Shown here one piece after another: positions 34,897 through 45,800 of a DNA stretch of 64,000 nucleotides. The stretch is from a virus, in the IMG/VR virus record IMGVR_UViG_3300017755_003154, positions 1-64,000 of that record; one strand, written 5' to 3'. A program made the translations under genes and the position numbers. Below the pieces are notes generated by a model. That model searched no databases and had not been told where the DNA came from. It saw only the letters and a list, made by a program, of their open reading frames with translations. The first letter of the stretch is position 1. Every line of letters begins with the position of its first letter.

Positions 34897-35835
34897 TTAA
34901 CTGCCAGAATAAGCAGATTGTAATGTGAAAGTAGGAACCGGAGTATTTACATAAACGCCACTTGCTCTAACAAAGCCTAACTCTGTTGTTAAAGTGCCTT
35001 GAACTAGTTCATCAACGTGTGCTGAACCTTTTCCTGTATCATCTCCAATATCTGCTTCGTTCTGATTTATACGAAATTCTATTACTGTAGTTGATACTTC
35101 TCTTCCTCTAATGTAATAGTTGTTATCTGCATAAACACCACTACCTGTTCTTCTAAAAAGTTGCTGTTCTGAAGAAGTTAATTGAAAATTACCGATTGCA
35201 CTACCAGTACCAGTACCGCTTGCTGAAGTATAGTTATAACCAAAACTTACTGTGCCTGCATTTGACAACATAGTTGCCCAATCATTTGTTTTAGAAACAT
35301 TTCCGCCACTTGCTGAACTAGACAAACTACTTACAAATGTAATAGTACCACCTGCATTAAAAAAATGTCTACGTGCATCTGCACTAGTAAAAGTTACTCT
35401 AAAATAAGCATTTAAATTTTGATTCCAATCTGATGAAAACGAAGATGATACTGAATTACTTCCTGATGTTGATTGTAATGGTGCTAGTCTAAATCTATTT
35501 GGTGATGATTCTAAAGTATTCATTGACTGTTCATAGTCAACAAATCCTTTTAATGTGCCATCTGGATCATCACTTGTCTCGTCAGCAATTAAATCTCCAA
35601 TAGCAATAGTAGCAATAGTTCCAGCCGCTTGGTTAGTTTGGTGTCTATTAATTCTATCAATGTCTGTCTTTAACTGATTTACGTGGGTTGCAGTAACTAT
35701 TTGGTCTACAGCGACTTGTCCACTTGCTGTAGTTTCACCATAGCCTTCAGTGCCAGAACCGAGGGCAAGAATATTCTCTACACGAGTCTGTAAAGCATTA
35801 TATCTAGTTGCGGTAATTAGATCACCAACGGCCAT
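34897..35835 (-). CDS. virion structural / fibre-like protein (paralogue 2)
   Basis: MAVGDLITA..GYG..ARRHFFNAGG; S/T/G-rich; GAGGAG RBS. Confidence 0.7.
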   Translation of the reverse strand: MAVGDLITATRYNALQTRVENILALGSGTEGYGETTASGQVAVDQIVTATHVNQLKTDIDRINRHQTNQAAGTIATIAIGDLIADETSDDPDGTLKGFVDYEQSMNTLESSPNRFRLAPLQSTSGSNSVSSSFSSDWNQNLNAYFRVTFTSADARRHFFNAGGTITFVSSLSSSASGGNVSKTNDWATMLSNAGTVSFGYNYTSASGTGTGSAIGNFQLTSSEQQLFRRTGSGVYADNNYYIRGREVSTTVIEFRINQNEADIGDDTGKGSAHVDELVQGTLTTELGFVRASGVYVNTPVPTFTLQSAYSGS

Positions 35836-35878
35836 TTAAATCTCCTCTTACGGCAAATACCGTATACTATTAATTATC

Positions 35879-36787
35879 CTAAAGACTATTTATGGCCGAA
35901 AATGCTGGTGCTGGGGTATCTACATTCGATCCACTTGCCCTTACAAATCCTATTTTGGCTTCTAAAAGTCCTTGAACTGGTTCATCAATTTTGTAGCCAG
36001 ATACTGCGGCATCAAAAAATTCGTATTTTATATGTATAGTAGAACTAGTAGGCGCCTTAGCATAAAGAATATAATTATTGTTGCCATATACTCCTGTTGC
36101 TGATTTTCTATATATTTCTTGGTATGATGTTGTTAAATCAAAATTACCAATACTTTGTACAACTCCAGATCCTGAAGTTGTAGTTACATCATAGTTCATA
36201 TTCACTGTGCCAGCGTTTCCAAGTATTGCGGCCCAGTCTTGACTTTTTGCAACACTATCACCACTAGTTGGAGTTCCGCTCAAAGAACTTACAAATGTTA
36301 AAGAGCCTCCAGCATTAAAAAAATGCCTACGTGCATTACTATCTGCAAATGACACTTGAAACTCACATTCAATTGGTGCTGTCCATTGATTTCGTCTTTG
36401 AATTACTTCAGCATTATTAAGTGTACTACTTTGAGAGCCTGCTAATCTAAATCTATTGCTTGCCGTTTCAATAATACTGATAAAATCTTCATAGTCTTTG
36501 AAGCCTTCTTTAGTGTCTGCTCCGCTTGTATCTTCAGCAACAGTGTCACCTACTTCTACTTCTGCAATAGAATTTGGGTTACCACCTGTTTGATGAACAA
36601 AAATTTTCTTTAAATCTGTAAACATGGCGTTTACATGAGTTGCATCTATAATAACATTGCTTGATACTTGTGAACTAGCGACAGTTTGTCCGTAACCTTC
36701 ATTAGTTGATCCAACTCCAAGGATTGCTTCTACTCTTCCTTGTGCGTTGTTGTATCTTGCGGCTGTAATTAAATCGCCAACTGCCAT
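35879..36787 (-). CDS. virion structural / fibre-like protein (paralogue 1)
   Basis: MAVGDLITA..GYG..ARRHFFNAGG; collinear with 34897..35835. Confidence 0.7.
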   Translation of the reverse strand: MAVGDLITAARYNNAQGRVEAILGVGSTNEGYGQTVASSQVSSNVIIDATHVNAMFTDLKKIFVHQTGGNPNSIAEVEVGDTVAEDTSGADTKEGFKDYEDFISIIETASNRFRLAGSQSSTLNNAEVIQRRNQWTAPIECEFQVSFADSNARRHFFNAGGSLTFVSSLSGTPTSGDSVAKSQDWAAILGNAGTVNMNYDVTTTSGSGVVQSIGNFDLTTSYQEIYRKSATGVYGNNNYILYAKAPTSSTIHIKYEFFDAAVSGYKIDEPVQGLLEAKIGFVRASGSNVDTPAPAFSAINSL

Positions 36788-36817
36788 AGCCTACTTCCTT
36801 TATATACGTGTTTTAAA

Positions 36818-36825
36818 TATTTATA
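36818..36825 (-). promoter_or_regulatory. T4-type late promoter TATAAATA
   Basis: Exact TATAAATA on the minus strand, overlapping the upstream stop, 30 nt before the ATG at 36787. Confidence 0.65.
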
Positions 36826-38299
36826 CTTTTAAAACACACTCTATTAACTGCTCAGTATCAGAAGTACTAGACTCTAATGCTATGCCAACTAACCCATTAC
36901 TTGCAATAGTTGAAGCACACCCGTCTTGCCATGCATAAACTGCTTGCCCTTTTGAAACTGGACCTTTTACTCTTACAGGTACACGACCTTTGAGTGCAAC
37001 TGCTTGACCGTCGGCCATGCTATTCATTAAGTATGCTGGGTTTTCTGATATAACACCAATTGCAAAATCACTCACTTTTGCTGGACGAACTTCTTTTTCT
37101 CCTCCAACTGCCATTACTGTACCAACTGGCTGATGCTCTGCTGTTTCATAATTTTCTGCTAAGTCAGCGTATTGTGCTTGTGTTGCTGTTCCTCTAAAAA
37201 AGTTTGCATGTAAATCACCTGAACTATCACGTAACGCAGTTGTGTTTGCAATAGCACTTGTGTCACCTGCATAATCTGAACTACTAAATTTAATTGCACT
37301 AGCACTTGTTGCATTACCGTTGAAGTTATCTGCCCAAACATTTGACCATTTAGCAATACTTGATCCTAATGTATATGTGCTTGTTGAGCCTGGATTAATA
37401 CCTGTTGACTGAATTACAACACTATTAGTTTGAACACTATTAGCATTACTTGTTTTAAATCTTATAATGTTGTTTGTACCAACTTCATTAGCAATAACAC
37501 CTTGGTTACCATTTTCAATATAAATGTGTAAGTCGTTTTGGTCACCTACAGTAATACCTGCATCTGGAAACCTTACAATATCATCAAACGTTGTTGGTAC
37601 GCCTGGTGTACTTTGTACAAAACTGCTAGGAAGTAATCCACCTAATCTTAATGCATTGCTCGATGTTCCCCAATAATAATGATTAGTTGATGTTACACCG
37701 TTTGTTGCGTCTGTAGTATTAACTAATGTTAATCCTTTCTTGATAACATCATAACCTGTAATTGCATTTGTAGGATCTGTTGAATCAATTGTAAACTCTT
37801 GTCCACTGATAATATATATAATTTCATCTTCAATTGTTGCGGCAATTACACTGTGATTAACATTTGCAGTATCACGCACTGTTTTACTTTGCATTTGCGT
37901 TAAACCTGTACCAGCGCCTTGCGGACCAACTAGTACAAAAGATGTTCCATTGTAAGTGTATAGTTGACTGTTACCTGAATCCCACCAAAAGTCACCTGCT
38001 GTTAAACCAAGTGGCTGTGTGGTTGAAACTTCTGCACCGCCAGTTGTTTTAAACTTTGAACCATCGTAGAACTTAATTTTTCCGTTTGTTGAATCATGCC
38101 ATATCTGTCCGCTAATTGGTTTAGGCGGTTGAGATGTTCCGCTAAAATTTTCTAACAAAAACAAAAAGTTTTCGTTCTGTATTTCGCCGTATCCGGCGTA
38201 GTTCTTACCAACAAACGTTAAGTCTGTTGTAACATCAACGGTACCATCTTGCACTACTACTAGTGTTGCGCCGCTGTATTTGTTAATTGTATAAGCCAT
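36821..38299 (-). CDS. tail fibre protein with C-terminal intramolecular-chaperone / autoproteolytic-like domain
   Basis: Shared fibre N-terminus (LTFVGKNYAGYGE..LLENF..GQIW); C-terminal YADLAENY..GVIS..PAYLMN..VALKGRVPV. Confidence 0.75.
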   Translation of the reverse strand: MAYTINKYSGATLVVVQDGTVDVTTDLTFVGKNYAGYGEIQNENFLFLLENFSGTSQPPKPISGQIWHDSTNGKIKFYDGSKFKTTGGAEVSTTQPLGLTAGDFWWDSGNSQLYTYNGTSFVLVGPQGAGTGLTQMQSKTVRDTANVNHSVIAATIEDEIIYIISGQEFTIDSTDPTNAITGYDVIKKGLTLVNTTDATNGVTSTNHYYWGTSSNALRLGGLLPSSFVQSTPGVPTTFDDIVRFPDAGITVGDQNDLHIYIENGNQGVIANEVGTNNIIRFKTSNANSVQTNSVVIQSTGINPGSTSTYTLGSSIAKWSNVWADNFNGNATSASAIKFSSSDYAGDTSAIANTTALRDSSGDLHANFFRGTATQAQYADLAENYETAEHQPVGTVMAVGGEKEVRPAKVSDFAIGVISENPAYLMNSMADGQAVALKGRVPVRVKGPVSKGQAVYAWQDGCASTIASNGLVGIALESSTSDTEQLIECVLKV

Positions 38300-38323
38300 G
38301 TTTCAACCCTTTAATTATAACTA

Positions 38324-38331
38324 TATTTATC
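38324..38331 (-). promoter_or_regulatory. T4-late-like promoter motif (GATAAATA)
   Basis: Lies in the 32-bp intergenic gap upstream of the ATG at 38299. Confidence 0.55.
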
Positions 38332-40149
38332 TTACACACTAGATGTTAAGTTTTGACTAAATGTCCAATTCCCACCTGCTGTGACGTATTCTTTCAACGC
38401 TCTAGTTACACTAACTGTAACTACACCCGTTGCATCTGTAAAGCCAATATCTTGTAATACTGACTCGTTTTGTACTCCTGCGGCATCTACTGCTATAAAT
38501 GATTTTGTAGCAACCGCCGCAATATCGATCCCTGTTACACTTGCGCCGCCAAGTGTTGTACAGTGAATACGTGCAGTTGTACCGTTCGCAACAGTACTTG
38601 ATGGAACTAAGTCGTTTAAGACCAAACCAATTTGAGTATCATTTAAACCTGTAACATCCATACTAAACGAAATTGCAGAACCTGCGATTGCTTCGTCTAC
38701 ATAAACCTTATTTGCTCCATCAGTATCCTGTGTTGGCTGTGCCATCGCAGTAATTTTTTGATTTGATATATTAAGGTCGCCATTTGGACTAATTGTAATT
38801 CCACTAGCGCCTGTTATAGTGCTTCCGTTTATGTTGATGTTATCAACGTCTAATGATGTTAGTGTTCCTACACTTGTAAGACTTGATGCTGTTACTCCAG
38901 TTCCTAATGTTGTTGCATTAAGTACAGAATTCCCTGCAATTTTGTATTCGTTACCTGTAGTAACATTAATATTTTCTGTTGCTGTCCAACTGTTTGTTGC
39001 TTGTATCCAAGTCCATTTTTTATCTACACCTGTTACTCTTATAACCATACCAGCATCGTCAACGCCCGAGTCTGTTAAAAGTGTACTATCACTTGTAATT
39101 GCAAGTTCAATTTGTTTATCTTCAACTCGTAATGTGCTTACATCTATACTTGCACTAGAACCTTCTACTACTAAATTTCCTGTTACACGGATATCACCTG
39201 TAACATCTAATGTATACTCTGGTGTGTTATCAAAAATACCTACACGTTTATTTGCCGCGTCTATGAATACAGCATCTACTTGCTGTGATCCAGCCGCTGT
39301 ACTTGTTACTCTAATTGTATAATTTTCATCTAACTGCTGGTTAGCAGTAACAAACGAATTACCAATTATGCTTTGTACTTGGTTAGCGTTTGGTCCAATA
39401 GTAACACCTGCTGAGTTACTTACTGTCAGTGATCCTGTTACTGTGTTATTTGTAGTAGAACTTACAAAGTTGTCTGCTCCAACTTTAGTACCGTCTGCTT
39501 TAATTAATGCTTTTGCCGCGTCTGCTGTACCTTCAAATAAGAAAGTATCTTTATCAATAATATTAATACCTTTTTTGATATTACCTGTAATACCTGTTAT
39601 TCCATATCCTACTGCTGGAGTAAATTCTACATTACTAATTACAGCGGCTCTAGAAGTAGTTCCGTCTGTTCCATTACCTAAGTATAAACTTGCAAGTGTA
39701 CGACTTCTATCTTGGGTATCAAGTACACTTTCAATTCTAAATCCTGTTTCACCTTGACCTGCTGTATAAATTGGTCCTGCTAATGATAAATCAGTTCCGT
39801 CATAAAAGTAAAGTTGGTTGTTGACATTGTCCATCCATAAGTCACCAGCAACCATGTTAGGTTGTGTTTTTTGCACAAATGGTCCGCCAACTGCTTTAAA
39901 TACAGTCCCTTCATAAACTTTCAAACGTGCTTCACTAGTATCCCACCAAACTTGTCCTGGTATTGGATTAGTTGGTGAGTTTGCATTACTAAAATTTTCT
40001 AGTAATTTTATAAAGTTTTCATTAAATGCTTCACCGTATCCGGTGTAGTTTCTGCCTACTAATGTTAATGATGTGCTATTAACATCTATAGTACCATCAA
40101 TTAAATCTACTAGTAATGACCCATCTGTTTTGTTTAGTTTGTATGCCAT
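38332..40149 (-). CDS. tail fibre protein
   Basis: Shared N-terminus; RVGI..PEYTLDVTG fibre motif; SSLTSVGTL; DGANKVYVD. Confidence 0.75.
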   Translation of the reverse strand: MAYKLNKTDGSLLVDLIDGTIDVNSTSLTLVGRNYTGYGEAFNENFIKLLENFSNANSPTNPIPGQVWWDTSEARLKVYEGTVFKAVGGPFVQKTQPNMVAGDLWMDNVNNQLYFYDGTDLSLAGPIYTAGQGETGFRIESVLDTQDRSRTLASLYLGNGTDGTTSRAAVISNVEFTPAVGYGITGITGNIKKGINIIDKDTFLFEGTADAAKALIKADGTKVGADNFVSSTTNNTVTGSLTVSNSAGVTIGPNANQVQSIIGNSFVTANQQLDENYTIRVTSTAAGSQQVDAVFIDAANKRVGIFDNTPEYTLDVTGDIRVTGNLVVEGSSASIDVSTLRVEDKQIELAITSDSTLLTDSGVDDAGMVIRVTGVDKKWTWIQATNSWTATENINVTTGNEYKIAGNSVLNATTLGTGVTASSLTSVGTLTSLDVDNININGSTITGASGITISPNGDLNISNQKITAMAQPTQDTDGANKVYVDEAIAGSAISFSMDVTGLNDTQIGLVLNDLVPSSTVANGTTARIHCTTLGGASVTGIDIAAVATKSFIAVDAAGVQNESVLQDIGFTDATGVVTVSVTRALKEYVTAGGNWTFSQNLTSSV

Positions 40150-42173
40150 TAAACTTTCCCTGTGTAAATTATGTAATTTAAGGACATAAACGGACTTAAT
40201 GTTTCCATTGCTTGTCCGGTTGTTCCTGCAACACCACCACTTGTGGTTACAGCCTGCCCTGCATTTTGTCCTGTTGGTGCATCAAAAGTAATTGATGATA
40301 CTGGACTGTTTGCATCTTTTGCCGCATCTAATATTGCATAAAACTGTGTACCTTCAACAACTAAATCATGTTCGTGATCTGGTAAGTTATTTTGTTGTAT
40401 TGTAACTGTTTCTTGACCGCCACTGTTACCAAGTTCACTACCTTGTAAACCTGTAATTCTACTTGCCGCTGTTCCGCCCATATCATCTAGACCCATAACA
40501 GTTCTACCACGCATATCAGGTAGTGCAAATTTTGCTACACCATTATCACTTAATAATCCTGTTTGCTTGTATGTAAATCCAATTATTTCAAATAGTTCAG
40601 GATAATCTGCTTGTAATATTTCTTGTCCGTAACATAATAACCAAAACGTCGGTGCTGTTGTACCTGCATATGGCATCATTACACCTGGTGGATTAACTGG
40701 AACTGTTGATAATAAATCTCTTCTACTTACTCTATAAAGTCCAACTTGCCCTTGTACTCTGTTTAACAAAAATTCGTCACTAGCGTCGACATCACCTGTG
40801 TAGGTTTTATTACTAATAAAACTGTTTGCAATAGTTGTTTGAAAAGTTTTTGTGCCACCGCCTGTTTGTCCGTCAAATATTATAGTTGGCGCACTTACTT
40901 CACCTTGTAATTGGAAATTTGTAGAACTAGAAAGTTTGTCTGCACTGCCTGCTCTACCACTTACTTGTCCAGTAACGTTACCAGTTAAGTTTCCTATAAA
41001 AGTTGTTGCATATATTCCTGTATATTTGTTTGCTAATGATCCAATAGTTCTTGTGTTTGTTACATCTGGAATAATATTTCTAGTTTCTGTATCACCTAGT
41101 ACATTTATTGTTCCGCCGATATTTAAATCACCTGCAATACCTGTACCGCCTTTTACAATTAAACTACCTGTACCAAAGTTTGTACTTGCAGTAGTTCCGT
41201 CAATAGTAATTGAATCACTAACTTTAATTTTACCTGTTACATCTAATGCTTCACTTGGTGCTGTATTATTAATACCAACATTTGTTGTTGAATCAACTCG
41301 CATTACTGTCTTTGTAGTACCTTGATCGTTTACACGAAAATCTAAACTAGCACCACTTGTATTGTGACTAACAACACCAATTTGTCCTTCAACACCTAAT
41401 GCAACTTGGTTTCCACTACCTAAAATAATACCGTCGTCTGTGTTTACTTTTAATTGTTTTGTTGTTGTGCTAACAACATCACCACGTAAGAAATTTGCGG
41501 CAGGAACCTTTGTACCTGCTACTACTAAATTTTCTGCTTGTTCAGCAGGCCCATAAAATCTTGCGGCACCATCACCTGTTATATCTGCTGTGCTTAAATT
41601 AATACCTGGATTAATTTGACCAAAGCCGTTTATTTCTGCTCTTGCTGTAAATGTATCGGCACTAATAATTGCAACCGGTTTAGCATTTATATCAACTTGT
41701 AGTGCAGTGTACTCTTTATTGTCTTGTGCTAATATAGTTACTGGACTTACACCTGTACTTAAACCACCAGCGTACTCCGGACCAATTAGTGTCCAGCCAG
41801 AACCTGTATACAAATATAATTGTTGGTTATCAGTATCAACCCAAAGATCACCTGTGGTACTACTTGCGGCTTCTGGTTGGTTGGTTGCTTTTTTCAAACC
41901 ACCACTTGCTACCCAATTTGTTCCATCGTATACTCTAAGTTGTTCGCTACCTACTGTAGTATCGTACCATAATTGTCCTTCAACTGGATTTGATGGAGAA
42001 GATGCGTTAGCAAAGTTTTCTAATATCTTTAAAAAGTTTTGATTAAATTCAACACCATAACTAGTGGTATTACGTCCAACTAAACTTAAACTAGTTGATA
42101 CGTTGATTTCATTGTCTTCAACTGTGACGCTACCTTTGTTTGTTACGTCAGTGAAATTAATTGTATAAGGCAT
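40149..42173 (-). CDS. tail fibre protein with phage tail-collar domain
   Basis: Shared N-terminus; PGVMMPYAG..WLLCYGQ..YPELFEIIG..FALPDMRGR..NLPDHEH..LNYIIY. Confidence 0.85.
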   Translation of the reverse strand: MPYTINFTDVTNKGSVTVEDNEINVSTSLSLVGRNTTSYGVEFNQNFLKILENFANASSPSNPVEGQLWYDTTVGSEQLRVYDGTNWVASGGLKKATNQPEAASSTTGDLWVDTDNQQLYLYTGSGWTLIGPEYAGGLSTGVSPVTILAQDNKEYTALQVDINAKPVAIISADTFTARAEINGFGQINPGINLSTADITGDGAARFYGPAEQAENLVVAGTKVPAANFLRGDVVSTTTKQLKVNTDDGIILGSGNQVALGVEGQIGVVSHNTSGASLDFRVNDQGTTKTVMRVDSTTNVGINNTAPSEALDVTGKIKVSDSITIDGTTASTNFGTGSLIVKGGTGIAGDLNIGGTINVLGDTETRNIIPDVTNTRTIGSLANKYTGIYATTFIGNLTGNVTGQVSGRAGSADKLSSSTNFQLQGEVSAPTIIFDGQTGGGTKTFQTTIANSFISNKTYTGDVDASDEFLLNRVQGQVGLYRVSRRDLLSTVPVNPPGVMMPYAGTTAPTFWLLCYGQEILQADYPELFEIIGFTYKQTGLLSDNGVAKFALPDMRGRTVMGLDDMGGTAASRITGLQGSELGNSGGQETVTIQQNNLPDHEHDLVVEGTQFYAILDAAKDANSPVSSITFDAPTGQNAGQAVTTSGGVAGTTGQAMETLSPFMSLNYIIYTGKV

Positions 42174-42176
42174 CTA

Positions 42177-42782
42177 TTAAACTCCTGACAAACTTTGTAC
42201 ACGCACTGTATAATCAATTTGAACTAATCTGTTTAAACTTTTTTGTACAGGGTGGAAAATAACATGGGTAATTAATCTACCTGTGCCTGATGGGCTATAA
42301 CTCTTAAGTCCTAGTTCGTCAAACACATAAAGGTTATCTGTATCTGTAGCAGTATCAAATGCATCTTGACCTTCTGGTTCACCGTAATCTAACAAACAAG
42401 TTACAACAACATCTGTGTAATTTGTTCCACTAACATGACGAGTTTCAATCTTGTTTCTTACAGGATCTGTGTTGCTTGTACTCCTGTCATCTACTACTTT
42501 AGTAAATGTTTGATTATACAAACTTGCATTTGTTCCTGTACTATTTGGAGTTAGGTATGTAATTACACCTGTTGGATCAACGCTTGTACCACCGTTACCA
42601 AAACTCATTTCGTATATCATCCCTTGACCTTGATTTGCAAGGCTTTCTGCAAGAGCAATACTCATATTCTCGTAGTGAATAGCATTACGCTTATCAACAT
42701 ACACTTCGCCAGTTTTAGGGTCATGTATTTTGATATGTCCTTTAACTACTACTCCGCTTTTATCATTTAATTTGTCTGTCAT
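42177..42782 (-). CDS. virion structural protein (baseplate/fibre region)
   Basis: Located between the giant baseplate-region gene and the fibre genes; FDELGL..THVIFHPVQKS. Start set at ATG 42782. Confidence 0.65.
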   Translation of the reverse strand: MTDKLNDKSGVVVKGHIKIHDPKTGEVYVDKRNAIHYENMSIALAESLANQGQGMIYEMSFGNGGTSVDPTGVITYLTPNSTGTNASLYNQTFTKVVDDRSTSNTDPVRNKIETRHVSGTNYTDVVVTCLLDYGEPEGQDAFDTATDTDNLYVFDELGLKSYSPSGTGRLITHVIFHPVQKSLNRLVQIDYTVRVQSLSGV

Positions 42783-42802
42783 GTTTTCTCTCACTGCTAC
42801 TG

Positions 42803-42810
42803 TATTTATT
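42803..42810 (-). promoter_or_regulatory. T4-late-like promoter motif (AATAAATA)
   Basis: Overlaps the stop of the 4940-aa gene, 20 nt before the ATG at 42782. Confidence 0.55.
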
Positions 42811-45800
42811 TAGGTAGTTCCGTTGTTCTTGCCTTAAGAAACTGTGCAACGTCATTTTCTGCATCAACTAGGCTTTCTCCTGCTTTTGTCCATGTTTGTC
42901 CAATGCGTCTAACCACCGTAACCTTCTGATCTTGCTCTGGTGTAACTGCTAACCCCAATGTACTACCACTTAAAGTGAATTCTACTGGTAAAGTTACGTC
43001 TCCCTCGGCACTATCTTGTGCAATAAACCTAGTTACAAAGTTACCCGCACTATCTTTAGTGTCTACTTGATAACTACTTATCGCATTTTTACGAAGTCTG
43101 CGTCCAGCAACAAATACTTCAAACTCATTTACACCTTGTGTAGGTGTAAAGTCTAATTCAAATGATGCTGTAGTACCATCTGCTGTAAACACTTGTGTAA
43201 GTGTTTGATCTGTGTAAGGAGCATTTTCTCCTGGACTTTGATCTCTTACTTCAGTTCCTGAAGCAATTAATGTGTTTACACCTGTACCTAATGTACCTCT
43301 ACGTATTTGACGTAAACTATTTCCTTGCTTCACGTAGTACTCAATTCTTTCACCGTTTATAAACACAACACCCGGTATTTGTTTCTTTTTACCTGGTTCA
43401 GGTAAATCAGAAGCATCTACTAGTTCAATTCTAGTATCCCACCAATTAAGGTCCTGTGCTAGTTTATACTTATTCGCATCGTCCAATCGCTTGTAGTGAA
43501 CGCGGTTCAATATATCTTTAAACTGTCTATATCCAAATCTATGAGTTAATTGCTCTTCTCCAAATTGTATTATTTCAACTTTGTCATTTGCACTTAATTT
43601 TTTAAGAATTTTTACATGTAGTTTATCTTCTTCTAAGTAATAATCAACATTTGGTGCTAATCTTACGCCATTTATAATTACCCATACATATTCAGAATCT
43701 TGTGATTTATTCCTTAATTCTACAAGTCCGTTACTTAAATTAATATATTCTTTAAAGTTAGTTGTTCCTGGTACAAGCGTAACTCTACTTACTAAGTTGT
43801 ATTTGATACGCTCAAAATCTTGTATATCATGATTACTAAATGACGTAATTCTTACTGTTTCTCCTAGAGTAGGTGCTGTATCAAAATATATTTTGCTTCT
43901 ATCTTGCAAAAATTTGGTACTGCTATCTGCACCAACGCCTACATAACCAAATGCATATTGTCCATCAATGCTAAAGAACACATCTAGTTTGTCTCCAACT
44001 CCGCCGATACCTGCTGATAATACAACACTATTATTTGAACTATCCCATCTATATTGAACGTTCTTCACAAGCAACTCATCATTTAAGTAAACTTCAATGT
44101 CCTCACCTCTAACACTATTAGTTAAAAATTGCCATTCTTGAATTTGATACTCTCTAGTTGATGCATTTGTTATTGTAAAGTCTACATTATAACCTGCATC
44201 AAGTATATTATTGTTAAGTTCAACAATAGCATTTTGTGCAGTTGGTAATCCGCCAACTAGTGCTGGGTTAACATCAAATATTGTTGTTGAACCATCACCG
44301 ATTAGTGTTTGCACATTAGTTGCACTAAAGTTTTTAGCAGTTGTATAAAATAATCCATAATCAACAAGTTGCCCTGCTTGCGGTGCTGTGTCAAATGTAA
44401 TTACAAAATTTTTGTTTGCATCTTCGGATAATGTAGAATTTATTACTACACCATTTATAGTTACATAATGACTTACACCTGTTTGATATTTTAAATTAGT
44501 AGTGTATGTATTTGTACTTCCGTCTGCAACAAATTTATTAATGTCTAAAATTTTCTGTCCGCTTACACCCATTGTAACTATGCTTAATACTTTTCCTGCT
44601 GTTGGTGCAGTTGTAAATGTTATTGAATCGTTTACGTAATTAATAGTGTAATCTGTGTTAGCAACTCTTACATTATCAATACTTACAAAAACTGCTTCAC
44701 TATTATGAGGATGTATTCCAGTATTATAAGTTTGTGTTACTCCGTCTGTTTGGAAGAATTGTGTTTGTACATTACTTGTTCCATCATCTGGTCTGTGGAA
44801 AACTTTAATGTCAACTGTATCTGAAATTTTTCCTGGAACAAGTTCTTCAGGTCCAGTAGTTGTCATTGGTGTAATAAATCCGTCACCATCTACAATAATA
44901 TCACTTGCATCAATACCTTTAGCATTACTATATGATAATGCGCCTCCAGTTAGTTCAGTGTCATAACTTGCAGGGTCTGGTTGAAAACTACCATCACTAG
45001 TAGTTTTTCTTATTACAAATATATCATCATCTTTTGTTGTTATTCCAAAGTTTTGGATATTGATACTTGTCAATACTCCATCACCTGTAATACTTGTCAT
45101 AACAGCATTTGGATTTGTAGGATTACTTGGATAATTTGCATCATCAAGTCTTACATTATTTTTATAAACATTGTAAACTACTCCATCTTCTAACGGTGTA
45201 GTCCAAGTAAGTTCTGCTGTTGAACCGTCTAAGTAAAAAATAATGTCTTCAAATGTTGAGTCGTAAATATCATATGCTTCTACACCAAAGCCTTTTGTTT
45301 CAAATCCACCTGCTTGAGAAAAGTCAAAACTTTTTACTTCTACACCACCAAAGTCAACACCCATCATAAGTTGTGAAATATCTTTGCCAATCATTCCATC
45401 TATTGGTTTATAGTATGACTGTACTCTATCTTGTGCAGTTAATAAGTCAGGCGCTAATTCATAATCCACTTTAATTGTTTTTGTCATTAAAGGAGGTGTA
45501 TCAAATATAATTCTACCGCGTTTTCTATCATAACTTTTAGTACTATCTACATAATTTAAATATGAGTATTCACTTTTTAATAATTCTACTCCGTTTATAT
45601 AAATCTTTACTTTGGCTCCGTTTAAGTTCATTGGCCAACTCAAATTATATACTGCTGTAACGTTATCTCCAGTAAATGTTTCTGATCTTGCTACTTCTAA
45701 ATAATAAGGGTTACCACTTACTCTATCAAATCGTGATATAATATGTGTACCTCTAACTTTACCATTTCCAAGCACTGCTCTTGCAGTACATTTAGTTCCG

